From Candidatus Saccharimonadota bacterium (GTDB taxonomy: Bacteria; Pseudomonadota; Gammaproteobacteria; Enterobacterales; Enterobacteriaceae): 32,000 nt of DNA. The number at the start of each line of letters is the position of its first letter. Within the stretch, counting starts at the first letter, position 1. Where the stretch lies: positions 30,819 through 62,818 of the forward strand of contig NZ_CP046222.1 of the NCBI RefSeq assembly GCF_012571795.1, in the 5' to 3' direction. The translations under genes were made by a program, and so were the position numbers. Positions 1 through 9,562 of the stretch are shown here, one piece after another. Under the pieces are notes generated by a model. It was not told the DNA's origin and did not search any database. It saw only the letters and a list, made by a program, of their open reading frames with translations.

Positions 1-797
1 TTAAAAAACCTATAAAATTTTATTATATCTTGAAAATTTTTATAAGTATGTATATATTGAGCAACTGGTATACCATAAGATTTTAATATATATAATAATT
101 CTATATGACTTTTATTTAAAAAATTTTCTATATAACCAACACCATAACAAAAAAAATTTAATAATTTTAAATATTTATTTTTATTATGTAAACGTAATAA
201 TCCTACAACAGCACTTCTAGTATTAGCAAATTGTTTATTAATCATCAAATATTGTTTATTTAAAAAATTAAAATTTTGTTTAGAAATAAAAATTTCTCCA
301 CGTATTTCTATAATTTTAGGTATATTATTTCCTTGTAATCTTTTAGGAATATCTTTAATACATAAAATATTATTTGTAATATTATCACCAAAATATCCAT
401 TTCCTCTAGTAATACCATGTATTAATATACCATTTTTATATAAAAGATTAATTGCCATACCATCAAATTTTAATTCACAACAAAAAAAATTTTTTTCTTT
501 CATAATATTTAAAGGTAGTAAAGGTGCAAAAAAATTTTTGTAAAAATGTTTGACTTTAAAAGTATTATTTAGAGATAACATAGGTACTTTATGTTTAATT
601 TTTTTGTTATTATTTAATAAAATATCACCAACATATTGAGTAGGGGATGTTTGTTTATTCAAATAATGTATATTTTTTTCTAAGTGTTCTAATTTAATAA
701 CTAACTGATCATACTGATAATCAGTAATTTCAGGTTTATTTAAAACATAATATCTATAATTATGATATTGTATTTGTTGGCGTAATTTATTTATCAT
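1..797 (-). CDS. ligA: NAD-dependent DNA ligase LigA, N-terminal part; the gene continues past the left edge
   Basis: Absent from the supplied ORF track because it is edge-truncated. My minus-strand translation from the ATG at 797-795 reads MINKLRQQIQYHNYRYYVLNKPEITDYQYDQL...CCELKFDGMAINLLYKNGILIHGITRGNG. This is the LigA adenylation region with the KxDG motif (ELKFDG). The frame stays open to nt 1. Confidence 0.85.
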   Translation of the reverse strand, partial: MINKLRQQIQYHNYRYYVLNKPEITDYQYDQLVIKLEHLEKNIHYLNKQTSPTQYVGDILLNNNKKIKHKVPMLSLNNTFKVKHFYKNFFAPLLPLNIMKEKNFFCCELKFDGMAINLLYKNGILIHGITRGNGYFGDNITNNILCIKDIPKRLQGNNIPKIIEIRGEIFISKQNFNFLNKQYLMINKQFANTRSAVVGLLRLHNKNKYLKLLNFFCYGVGYIENFLNKSHIELLYILKSYGIPVAQYIHTYKNFQDIIKFYRFF

Positions 798-833
798 ATT
801 TTTACACAATATTATAAAATTTTACAAAAAATA

Positions 834-2225
834 TTATATTTTTTTCCATGTTGTATGATTATTATTATCTTCTAAAATAATATTTTCTTTTTTTAAAAGA
901 TCACGAATATTATCAGCTTTATCCCATAATTTTTTTTTTCTTGCATTATTTCTTTGTTGAATTAAATTTTCAATTTCATATTTTTTATATGTAGTAATTT
1001 TATTATGTTGTTCTAAATATTGTTTAGGATTATAAAAAAGTATTCCTAAAATATTACCTAATTTTTTTAATAAAAACATAAAATATTGATATAATAATAA
1101 TTTATTATGTATTTTAGCATGATAAATTTGATAAGATATTTTAAATAAAATACTATATGCTTTAGGAGTATTAAAATCATTATTCATAGCTTTATAAAAT
1201 TGATCTTCTAAATCATGTTTAATATTAATAACATTATTTTTTTTAAACTTATCTATAGAATATATAGATTTATATAATTTAGTTATAATAATACTAGATT
1301 GTTGTAATTTATATTCTTGATATATAATAGGACTACGATAATGTGTAATAGTAAAAAAATATCTAATAACTTCTTCATTATATTTTAATAATATATCTTT
1401 TAATTTAATATTATTATTTAAAGTTTTAGACATTTTTTTATTGTTAAAAATTATCATACCAGTATGTATCCAATAATTTACATGAAATTTTTTGTTAGCA
1501 CATATTGATTGTGCTATTTCATTTTCATGATGTGGAAAAATTAAATCATTTCCTCCACCATGTATATCAAATTTATGTCCTAAATATTTATGACTTATAG
1601 CAGAACATTCAATATGCCAACCAGGTCTGCCATATCCCCAAGGTGATAACCAACCTATTTTAGTATTATCACATAATTTCCATAAAACAAAATCTTGATA
1701 ATTTTTTTTAAAAAAATTATTTTGTAAATTTTTATGTAAAGTATGAATTTTTATATGAGATAATTGACCATAATGTTTATAACTTTTAACAGAAAATACT
1801 ATATCTCCATTTTTTGCAATATATGCATTATTATTTTTTAATAAAATATCAATAATATTAAAAATTTCTGTAATATGTTCTGTAACTTTAGGTTCAATAG
1901 TAGGACATATAATATTTAATTTTTTAAAATCTATATGCATAGCATTAATCATTTTTGATACAATATTATTAATATTTTTTACACAATTATTAGATAATTT
2001 AATAATTTTATCATCAATATCTGTAATATTTCTTATATATTTAACTTTATAACCTAAAAATTGAAAATATCTAATTATTATATCAAAAATAATAAAAGTT
2101 CGTCCATGTCCTATGTGACACATATCATATGGGGTAATGCCACAAACATATATTGTTATTTTATTATTATAAATAGCTTGAAAAATTTCTTTTTTTTTAC
2201 TTAAAGTATTAAAAATTTTTAACAT
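834..2225 (-). CDS. cysS: Cysteinyl-tRNA synthetase
   Basis: ORF 834..2237. It is colinear with E. coli CysS from MLKIFNTL. The class I motifs HIGHGRT and KMSKT are present, as is RPGWHIECSA. E. coli CysS begins MLKIFNTL, so I place the start at the second ATG (2225). The ATG at 2237 is an alternative. Confidence 0.93.
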   Translation of the reverse strand: MLKIFNTLSKKKEIFQAIYNNKITIYVCGITPYDMCHIGHGRTFIIFDIIIRYFQFLGYKVKYIRNITDIDDKIIKLSNNCVKNINNIVSKMINAMHIDFKKLNIICPTIEPKVTEHITEIFNIIDILLKNNNAYIAKNGDIVFSVKSYKHYGQLSHIKIHTLHKNLQNNFFKKNYQDFVLWKLCDNTKIGWLSPWGYGRPGWHIECSAISHKYLGHKFDIHGGGNDLIFPHHENEIAQSICANKKFHVNYWIHTGMIIFNNKKMSKTLNNNIKLKDILLKYNEEVIRYFFTITHYRSPIIYQEYKLQQSSIIITKLYKSIYSIDKFKKNNVINIKHDLEDQFYKAMNNDFNTPKAYSILFKISYQIYHAKIHNKLLLYQYFMFLLKKLGNILGILFYNPKQYLEQHNKITTYKKYEIENLIQQRNNARKKKLWDKADNIRDLLKKENIILEDNNNHTTWKKI

Positions 2226-2327
2226 AACTATTTCCATTATAAGTTTATATACAATAATTTTTTTTATAAACTAAAATATTTTATATAAAAAAAATTATAA
2301 ATTACACATAATAAATACAAATATATT

Positions 2328-3737
2328 TTATTTAATACTATTATCATAGTAATCTATATAATTATCAAACCGTGCAATTTTATTATTAAATGTTAATTTA
2401 ATATTGCCAACAGGACCATTACGCTGTTTTCCAATAATAATTTCTGCAATACCCTGTAATGGACTATGTTCATTATAAATTTCATCTCTATAAATAAACA
2501 TTATCAAATCAGCATCTTGTTCTATTGAACCTGATTCTCTTAAATCTGAATTCATTGGACGTTTATCTGCTCTTTGTTCTAAAGATCTATTTAATTGTGA
2601 TAAAGCTATTACTGGGACATGTAGTTCTTTAGCAAGTGATTTTAAAGAACGGGAAATTTCTGTAATTTCTAATGTACGGTTAAAAGATAAAGAAGGGACA
2701 CGTATTAATTGCAAATAATCTATCATAATTAAACTTAACCCATTAAATTCTCTAAATATTCTGCGAGATCGTAAACGAATTTCTGTAGGTGTTAATTCAG
2801 AAGAATCATCAATATATATATTTTTTTTTTTTAATAAATTACTCATAGTACCAGATATTTTTTTCCAATCATTATCATTTAATTGTCCAGTACGAATTTT
2901 ACTTTGTGATACTCTAGATAATGAAGCTAACATACGCATCATAATCTGTTCACATGGCATTTCTAAACTAAAAATTAATACAGGTTTATCTTGTAACATA
3001 GCTGTATATTCACAAATATTCATAGCAAAAGTTGTCTTACCCATAGCAGGTCTAGCAGCAATAATAATTAAATCAGATTTTTGTAAACCTGCTGTTTTTT
3101 TATTTAATTCATAATATCCAGTATCAATGCCAGTTACACCATTGTTAGGTGTTTTATAAAATGATTCTATTTTAGAAACAGTTACTTCTAAAACTTCATC
3201 TATATTTTTTGGTTTAGTATCTTTATTAATACGTTTTTCTGCAATTTGAAATATACGAGATTCAGCTAGATTTAATAAATCTTCACTTTTTCTACCATTA
3301 GGGAAATAACCTGCTTCTGCTATAGCATTAGCTGCTGTAATCATTTCTCTTATAATTGCTCTTTCACGTACAATATCTATATAAGCATATATATTAGATA
3401 TACTAGGAATGTTTTTTGATAATTCAGCTAGATATGCAAACCCTCCTACTTGATTTAATTTATTTTTATTTTCTAATGCTTCAGATAATGTAATTAAATC
3501 TATAGGTTTGCCAATATCAATTAATACATGCATTTCGCGAAAAATAATCTTATGAGATATAATAAAAAAATCTTCTATGATAATTTTTTCTATCACATAA
3601 TCCCATCTATGATTATCTAACATTAAAGATCCTAATATTGATTGTTCTGCTTCTAAAGAATAAGGTGGAATTTTTATATTTTCAACTTGCAAATCTTTTG
3701 TAAATTTTAATTTGTTTTTAATATTATTAATTGTCAT
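2328..3737 (-). CDS. dnaB: Replicative DNA helicase DnaB
   Basis: 469 aa against 471 in E. coli. N-terminal PPYSLEAEQSILG, Walker A ARPAMGKTTFAMN, LIMIDYLQL, and GSIEQDADLIMFIYRDE...GKQRNGP. Confidence 0.96.
   Translation of the reverse strand: MTINNIKNKLKFTKDLQVENIKIPPYSLEAEQSILGSLMLDNHRWDYVIEKIIIEDFFIISHKIIFREMHVLIDIGKPIDLITLSEALENKNKLNQVGGFAYLAELSKNIPSISNIYAYIDIVRERAIIREMITAANAIAEAGYFPNGRKSEDLLNLAESRIFQIAEKRINKDTKPKNIDEVLEVTVSKIESFYKTPNNGVTGIDTGYYELNKKTAGLQKSDLIIIAARPAMGKTTFAMNICEYTAMLQDKPVLIFSLEMPCEQIMMRMLASLSRVSQSKIRTGQLNDNDWKKISGTMSNLLKKKNIYIDDSSELTPTEIRLRSRRIFREFNGLSLIMIDYLQLIRVPSLSFNRTLEITEISRSLKSLAKELHVPVIALSQLNRSLEQRADKRPMNSDLRESGSIEQDADLIMFIYRDEIYNEHSPLQGIAEIIIGKQRNGPVGNIKLTFNNKIARFDNYIDYYDNSIK
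2821..2832 (-). repeat. A12 homopolymer (T12 on the + strand) in frame inside dnaB
   Basis: Direct read: twelve consecutive t at 2821-2832. On the minus strand this is tta aaa aaa aaa aat, encoding LKKKN. Confidence 0.9.
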
Positions 3738-3813
3738 AAATTATGAAGTGTTAATTTTAATAAAAATAAAAATAATATATAAGTATAGTATATATTATTA
3801 GAATATAAACTTC

Positions 3814-4797
3814 TTATTTTATATAAGATAATGCTTTATTAAGTACTTGTATACTAGTATTTTTCATATAATTATTTTTATTATTTATATAATGTTTAAA
3901 TTTTTTTGATCCTGACATACCATGAAAAAAATTTAATATGGGTTTGATAATAGTATAAAAAGAAACTCCTTTTTTTAATTCAGTTTCTATATATGGAAAT
4001 ATAGATTGTATAATTTTAACAGGATGTATATTATTTGTACTATCAAAAAATATATTTTTATCTATATATGTTAATAATCTAGGATTATTAAATATTTCTC
4101 TTCCTAACATTACACCATCAAAATATTTTAGGTGTTTTTGTACATCTATTAATGTTTTAATACCACCATTTATTGTAATTGGTACTTTAGGAAAATTTTT
4201 TTTAATCTGATATACAACTTTATAATTTAAAGATGGTATTTTAAAATTTTGTTTAGTAGTTATTTTATTATTATATAATAATGCTTTTCTAGCATGGATA
4301 ATAAATCTTTGACAACCATTATTATATAATGAATCTATTAATTCATTAAGAAAAATATAACTATTATCTTCATTAATGCCAATACGTGTTTTGATAGTAA
4401 TAGGTATATTTACACTATCAGACATTGATTTAATACAATTTATTACAATATGAAGATTATGCATTAAATAAGCGCCAAAATTTCCTTTTTGAGATCCTAT
4501 AGAAGGACAACCCATATTTAAATTAATTTCCTTATAACCTATTTTTTCTGCATATTTAGAATACAAAGATAATAATTTAGGATTATTACCAGCTAATTGT
4601 AGCACCATATTATTATCATGATAATTTGTTAATAAAATATTTTTATTATATGTTATAGTATTACAATGTATCATTTCAGTATATAGAAGAGATTTTTTTG
4701 TTAAAAATCTATAAAATAATCTACAATATTTATTAGTACGATTTAACATAGGTGCTATTTCAAAACGATAATAATTTATTTTTTTGTTAAAGTTCAT
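3814..4797 (-). CDS. dusA: tRNA-dihydrouridine synthase A
   Basis: 327 aa. FEIAPMLNRTNKYCR, the catalytic-Cys context NLNMGCPS, IKTRIG, IIHARKA and DGVMLGRE parallel E. coli DusA. It sits upstream of dnaB, as in E. coli. Confidence 0.9.
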   Translation of the reverse strand: MNFNKKINYYRFEIAPMLNRTNKYCRLFYRFLTKKSLLYTEMIHCNTITYNKNILLTNYHDNNMVLQLAGNNPKLLSLYSKYAEKIGYKEINLNMGCPSIGSQKGNFGAYLMHNLHIVINCIKSMSDSVNIPITIKTRIGINEDNSYIFLNELIDSLYNNGCQRFIIHARKALLYNNKITTKQNFKIPSLNYKVVYQIKKNFPKVPITINGGIKTLIDVQKHLKYFDGVMLGREIFNNPRLLTYIDKNIFFDSTNNIHPVKIIQSIFPYIETELKKGVSFYTIIKPILNFFHGMSGSKKFKHYINNKNNYMKNTSIQVLNKALSYIK

Positions 4798-4862
4798 AAT
4801 ATCTAATATTTTTAATAAAATTATTAATAAATATTATATAATATATAAAATTAATCAAACAT

Positions 4863-6206
4863 TTATTTTTTAATATAAGGATTAGTATTGTCTTTAAATT
4901 TAAATAATATAGGTATACCAATATATGTGAGTTGTTTAGAAAAAAAATTTATTAAATAACGTTTATAATGTTGATTCAGTTTTGTAACATAATTGCCATG
5001 TACTAATAATATTAATGGACAATATTTAATTACGTGAATATATTTAATTTTTATTATTTTTCTCTTATACATATTAGGTTTGACAGCATTTATAGCGGCA
5101 TATAAAATTTTCATTAATTTAGAAGTTTGTATATTAGTTATTGAAAGATTATATATTTGGTATATTAGTTTAAAAACTTTATTTATACCTATACCAATTT
5201 TTGCTGATATATATGTAATAGGTAAAAATTTAAATTTTTTATAAATAAAATGTTGCATATTATGATAAATATTCAATGTAATTAAATCAAATTTATTAAT
5301 TATAATTATAATAGGTTTGCCTTGTTTTATTATATATTCTATTAAAGATATATCTTGATTATATAAATTTTGTTTAGTCCCATCTAAAATAAACAAAACT
5401 ATATTAGATTCTTTTATAGATATAAGTGTTTTATTTATTGATTCTAAACTTATAGAACAGTTTGTTTTTTTTTTAATACCTGGTGTATCAATTAAGATAA
5501 TATCATAATTATATTTGGTCTGTAATGTAATATAAATACTATTTCTAGTAGTCCCGGGTAAATTATTTACAATAACTCTATCTTTTTTAAGTACTTTATT
5601 AATAAATGTAGATTTACCTACATTAGGCATGCCAATGATAGATACTTTAATAATTTGTTTTTTATAAACATATTTGTTTTTATTAATAAAATTAGTATTT
5701 TCTTTTTTATATAATGTTTTTATATATGAATAGATTATTTTATATAATTTTTTATTATCTTTATAATTATAAAGATCAATTTTAAAAAAAATTAATCCTA
5801 ATGACATAAAATCAAGAATATTAATTTGTTCTTTTGTATTAATTATCATTATTACTTTTTTGTTGTATGATCTAACAATTTTAATAAATTCATAATCAAT
5901 ATTATTTAAAATAGTACCTCTAATTAATAAAATAACTAAATGAGATTCTATAATAGCTTCTATAGTTTGTTTTTTTACTAAGTGTAAAACATTATCTAAT
6001 TTATTATTATTTTGGTAGAAATTACCAGTATCAACACATATATAAGGATATTTATTAATTATAGCATATCCATATTGTCTATCTCGTGTAAAACCAGGAA
6101 TATGATTCACAATAGCCATATTTGTTTTAGTTAAAATATTATATAAAAAAGATTTTCCTGTATTATTATCACCTAATATAGTTATTATCGGATAGTTATA
6201 ATTCAT
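4863..6206 (-). CDS. der: Ribosome-assembly GTPase Der (EngA): two tandem GTPase domains plus a KH-like C-terminal domain
   Basis: 447 aa. GD2 has a complete motif set (GMPNVGKS, GTTRN, DTPG, NKFD, SAK). GD1 keeps GDNNTGKS and GFTRD. The C-terminal part (IKIKYIHVIKYCPLILLVHGN...YKRYLINFF) parallels the E. coli Der KH-like domain. It lies immediately downstream of hisS. Confidence 0.92.
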   Translation of the reverse strand: MNYNYPIITILGDNNTGKSFLYNILTKTNMAIVNHIPGFTRDRQYGYAIINKYPYICVDTGNFYQNNNKLDNVLHLVKKQTIEAIIESHLVILLIRGTILNNIDYEFIKIVRSYNKKVIMIINTKEQINILDFMSLGLIFFKIDLYNYKDNKKLYKIIYSYIKTLYKKENTNFINKNKYVYKKQIIKVSIIGMPNVGKSTFINKVLKKDRVIVNNLPGTTRNSIYITLQTKYNYDIILIDTPGIKKKTNCSISLESINKTLISIKESNIVLFILDGTKQNLYNQDISLIEYIIKQGKPIIIIINKFDLITLNIYHNMQHFIYKKFKFLPITYISAKIGIGINKVFKLIYQIYNLSITNIQTSKLMKILYAAINAVKPNMYKRKIIKIKYIHVIKYCPLILLVHGNYVTKLNQHYKRYLINFFSKQLTYIGIPILFKFKDNTNPYIKK

Positions 6207-6260
6207 AACTTTATTCTCTTTATTAAATAAATTATAATATTGATTATATAAAAAAATATT

Positions 6261-7550
6261 TTATTTATTGTTTAATAAATCAGATAATATTATTATTAAT
6301 TTATTATTTGGTATATTAATTTGTTTTTTTTGATATAAATCTTTAATTGTAATAGTTTGTGTTTTTATTTCTTTAATTCCTATAATAAATACAAAATGAG
6401 TATTATACTTTATAGCTTTAATAATTTGTTTTTTTATATTAGAAAAAAAATAACTAATAATAATTTTTAAATGTGGAAAATGATTTAAAATTTTCTCTCT
6501 TATCTGTATTGTTTGATATAAAATATGATCATTTGTCATAGGAATTAAACAAATATCAATTTTATTATGTAATGAAAAATTTATAGCATGTACTTTTTTT
6601 ATTAATAATAATACTCGTTCTATACCAATAGCACAACCCATACCATTTATATCATTTTTACAACTCATTTTTTTTATTAAATCATTATATCTACCACCAC
6701 CACAAATTGTCTTAGAAGCACCTATATTTTTTGTTGTCCATTCAAATACAATATCATTATAATAATCTAAACCACGAATTAAATTATTATTAATATTAAA
6801 TTTAATATTCATTTTTTTTAACATCTGACATAATTTATTAAAATTATTTATACTTTTTTCATCTAAATATTCTTCTAATTTAGGTGCTTTAATAAGTAAT
6901 TGTTGTGTATTATAATTTTTACTATCTAGAATTCGTAAAGGATTTGTATTAATTTTATTTATACTATCTGAATCTAATAAATGAATATTATTTTTTAAAA
7001 ATAATATTAATTGATTAATATAATTTTGACGAATCGTAATTGAACCAATAGAATTAATTTCTAATGCTACATAATCTATTATGTTTAATTTTTTCCATAT
7101 ATTATATGTAATAATAATAATTTCACAATCAATATATGGTTCTGGCAACCCAAATGTTTCTATGCCAATTTGATAAAATTGTCTGTATCTTCCTTGTTGT
7201 GGGCGTTCATATCGAAACATTGGTCCTATATACCATAAACGATTATTTGTACTATATAATAAATTGTTTTCTATAATTGCTCTAATACAACCTGTAGTAC
7301 CTTCTGGTCTTAATGTTAAAATTTCACCATTTTTATCATATAAATTATACATTTCTTTTGTAATGATGTCTGTATATTCACCAATTGTTTGTTGAAATAA
7401 TTGTTGTTTTTCTACTATAGGTATTTTAATTTCATAATATCCATAATTTTTTAGTATATTTTTGATTTTTGTTTCAATAAATTCCCATAATATAGTATCG
7501 GGAAAAATATGATCATGCATGCCATAAATGGAAGTAATTGTTGTACTCAC
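6261..7550 (-). CDS. hisS: Histidyl-tRNA synthetase
   Basis: ORF 6261..7556. Class II motifs LRPEGT, YIGPMFRYERPQQGRYRQFYQIG and CGGGRYN. No in-frame ATG occurs before residue 13. The GTG at 7550-7548 aligns exactly with the E. coli N-terminus (MAKNIQAIRGMND against vSTTITSIYGMHD). An AAGAGA sequence lies 8 nt upstream of it. The TTG at 7556 is an alternative. Confidence 0.93.
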   Translation of the reverse strand: MSTTITSIYGMHDHIFPDTILWEFIETKIKNILKNYGYYEIKIPIVEKQQLFQQTIGEYTDIITKEMYNLYDKNGEILTLRPEGTTGCIRAIIENNLLYSTNNRLWYIGPMFRYERPQQGRYRQFYQIGIETFGLPEPYIDCEIIIITYNIWKKLNIIDYVALEINSIGSITIRQNYINQLILFLKNNIHLLDSDSINKINTNPLRILDSKNYNTQQLLIKAPKLEEYLDEKSINNFNKLCQMLKKMNIKFNINNNLIRGLDYYNDIVFEWTTKNIGASKTICGGGRYNDLIKKMSCKNDINGMGCAIGIERVLLLIKKVHAINFSLHNKIDICLIPMTNDHILYQTIQIREKILNHFPHLKIIISYFFSNIKKQIIKAIKYNTHFVFIIGIKEIKTQTITIKDLYQKKQINIPNNKLIIILSDLLNNK

Positions 7551-7783
7551 TATCAATATCTCTTAAAATGTTAAAATATTTTATAATTATATATTGTTAT
7601 ATTTCACTTATTTAATAAAAATATTTACATAATTACAATAAATAATTTATTTTAATTCTATAATAATTTTTAAAATATGTATATTATAAAAATAAAGATA
7701 TAATATTTATTTTTTATATAAATAATTGATATTATTCATATAATGTAATTTACTTGAATATAAATAATTAATAGTATAGTATA

Positions 7784-8236
7784 ATGAATAATGATATTTA
7801 CTGGATGAGATATGCATTAAAATTAGCATATGTAGCTAAAAAAAAAGGTGAAGTTCCTGTAGGAGCTGTAATTATTAAAAATAATAAAATTATAGCTGAA
7901 GGTAAAAATAGTTCCATTATATATAATGATCCTACAGCACATGCAGAAATTATAGCATTACGTGGTGCTGGCATGTATTTAAAAAATTATAGATTATTAG
8001 ATACAACTATGTATGTTACATTAGAACCCTGTATTATGTGTTCAGGAGCAATTATTATTAGTAGAGTTAGTCGTTTAGTATTTAGTATATATAATAAAAA
8101 ATACTATAATAGTACAGGAGCTTTTATTGATTTATTAGGATTATATAACATTAATTATCGTATTAAAATTCACACAGGTATCTTAGTAAAAGAATGTACT
8201 AATTTAATACAAGATTTTTTTCAAATTAAAAGATAA
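7784..8236 (+). CDS. tadA: tRNA-specific adenosine deaminase TadA
   Basis: 150 aa. Cytidine/deoxycytidylate-deaminase zinc motifs HAEIIAL and LEPCIMCSGA. Size and layout are those of TadA. Confidence 0.9.
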   Translation: MNNDIYWMRYALKLAYVAKKKGEVPVGAVIIKNNKIIAEGKNSSIIYNDPTAHAEIIALRGAGMYLKNYRLLDTTMYVTLEPCIMCSGAIIISRVSRLVFSIYNKKYYNSTGAFIDLLGLYNINYRIKIHTGILVKECTNLIQDFFQIKR

Positions 8237-8252
8237 CAATAATTTGATTGTT

Positions 8253-8259
8253 AAGGTGG
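8253..8259 (+). promoter_or_regulatory. Shine-Dalgarno sequence AAGGTGG for glyA
   Basis: AAGGTGG read directly at 8253-8259, 9 nt upstream of the in-frame TTG at 8269. Confidence 0.55.
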
Positions 8260-8268
8260 TTATATATA

Positions 8269-9519
8269 TTGATTAATAATGAAATATATTATAAAAAAGA
8301 TAAAATAATTTGGGATATTATTAAAAAAGAAATTATAAGACAAGAAACAAATATTAATTTAATAGCTTCAGAAAATTATGTTTCTCAAGAAGTTATGCAA
8401 ATACAAGGTTCACAATTAACTAATAAATATGCAGAAGGATATCCGAATAATAGATATTATGGTGGATGTAAATATATTGATCAAATTGAAAAAATAGCTA
8501 TTATAAGAGCTAAAAAATTATTTAAAGCAGATTATGTTAACGTGCAACCTCATTCGGGTTCACAAGCTAATTTTGCAGTTTATAATGCTTTATTAAAGCC
8601 TGGCGATATTATTTTAGGACTAGAATGTTCTCATGGAGGTCATTTAACACATGGATCTAAAGTAAATTTTTCCGGAAAAATATATAAAAGTATATTTTAT
8701 TATACTAATAATTTAGGACATATAGATTATAATAATATTTTAAAATTAGCAAAAAAATATAAACCTAAAATGATTATTAGTGGTTTTTCATCATATTCAG
8801 GTAAATGTAATTGGAAAAAAATACGTAATATAGCCAATTTAATAAATGCATATTTTTTAGTAGATATTTCACATATTGCTGGATTAATAGTAGCAGGATT
8901 ATATCCTAATCCATTACCACATGCACATGTTGTTACAACGACTACTCATAAAACATTAGCTGGACCAAGAGGCGCTATTATATTATCTTCTAAAAAAAAT
9001 AAACATTTATTTAATTTATTAGATAAAGGAGTGTTTCCAGGTAGTCAAGGAGGACCATTAATGCATATTATAGCTGCTAAAGCTACAGCATTCAAAGAAG
9101 CTTTAAATAAAAATTTTATTATATATCAAAAAAAAATATTAAAAAATGCAAAATTAATGGTTAAAATTTTAACTTATAGAAATTACCATATTGTTTATAA
9201 AAATACTTTTAATCATTTATTTATTATTGATCTTACAAATAAAAATATCACTGGTATAGAAGCTGAAAAACTACTAGAAAAATATAATATTATTGTTAAT
9301 AAAAATCTTATACCTAACGATATACATCCTCCTACAGTAACTTCTGGCATTAGAATTGGTACTCCTGCTGTTACAAGAAGAGGTTTAAAAAAACGAGATA
9401 TTATTCTAATATCTAATTTTATAGCTGATATTATTGATAATAAACATATAAATTTAATAAATATAAAAGAAAAAATATTAAATATATGTAAAATATATCC
9501 TATCTATTATAGGAAATAA
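8269..9519 (+). CDS. glyA: Serine hydroxymethyltransferase
   Basis: ORF 8248..9519, which the track starts at a TTG. LIASENY, TNKYAEGYP and the PLP-lysine motif VVTTTTHKTLAGPRG are present. There is no in-frame ATG near the N-terminus. The TTG at 8269 follows a strong SD and gives an N-terminal length matching E. coli GlyA (37 against 38 residues up to ASENY). 8248 is an alternative start. Confidence 0.93.
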   Translation: MINNEIYYKKDKIIWDIIKKEIIRQETNINLIASENYVSQEVMQIQGSQLTNKYAEGYPNNRYYGGCKYIDQIEKIAIIRAKKLFKADYVNVQPHSGSQANFAVYNALLKPGDIILGLECSHGGHLTHGSKVNFSGKIYKSIFYYTNNLGHIDYNNILKLAKKYKPKMIISGFSSYSGKCNWKKIRNIANLINAYFLVDISHIAGLIVAGLYPNPLPHAHVVTTTTHKTLAGPRGAIILSSKKNKHLFNLLDKGVFPGSQGGPLMHIIAAKATAFKEALNKNFIIYQKKILKNAKLMVKILTYRNYHIVYKNTFNHLFIIDLTNKNITGIEAEKLLEKYNIIVNKNLIPNDIHPPTVTSGIRIGTPAVTRRGLKKRDIILISNFIADIIDNKHINLINIKEKILNICKIYPIYYRK

Positions 9520-9562
9520 TATTTTATATAAAAAATATATTTTTTATGGAGATACATTACTT

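Noticed and set aside
7726-7785. Sigma-70-like hexamers (TTGATA, TATAAT, TTGAAT-15-TATAGT) upstream of tadA, with similar matches upstream of dapA (TTGTTA-16-TATTAA at 18022-18049)
   Set aside because: TATAAT-like and TTGAxA-like words occur by chance every few dozen bases in DNA this AT-rich, and the spacings are non-optimal. I cannot support specific promoter calls without transcript mapping.
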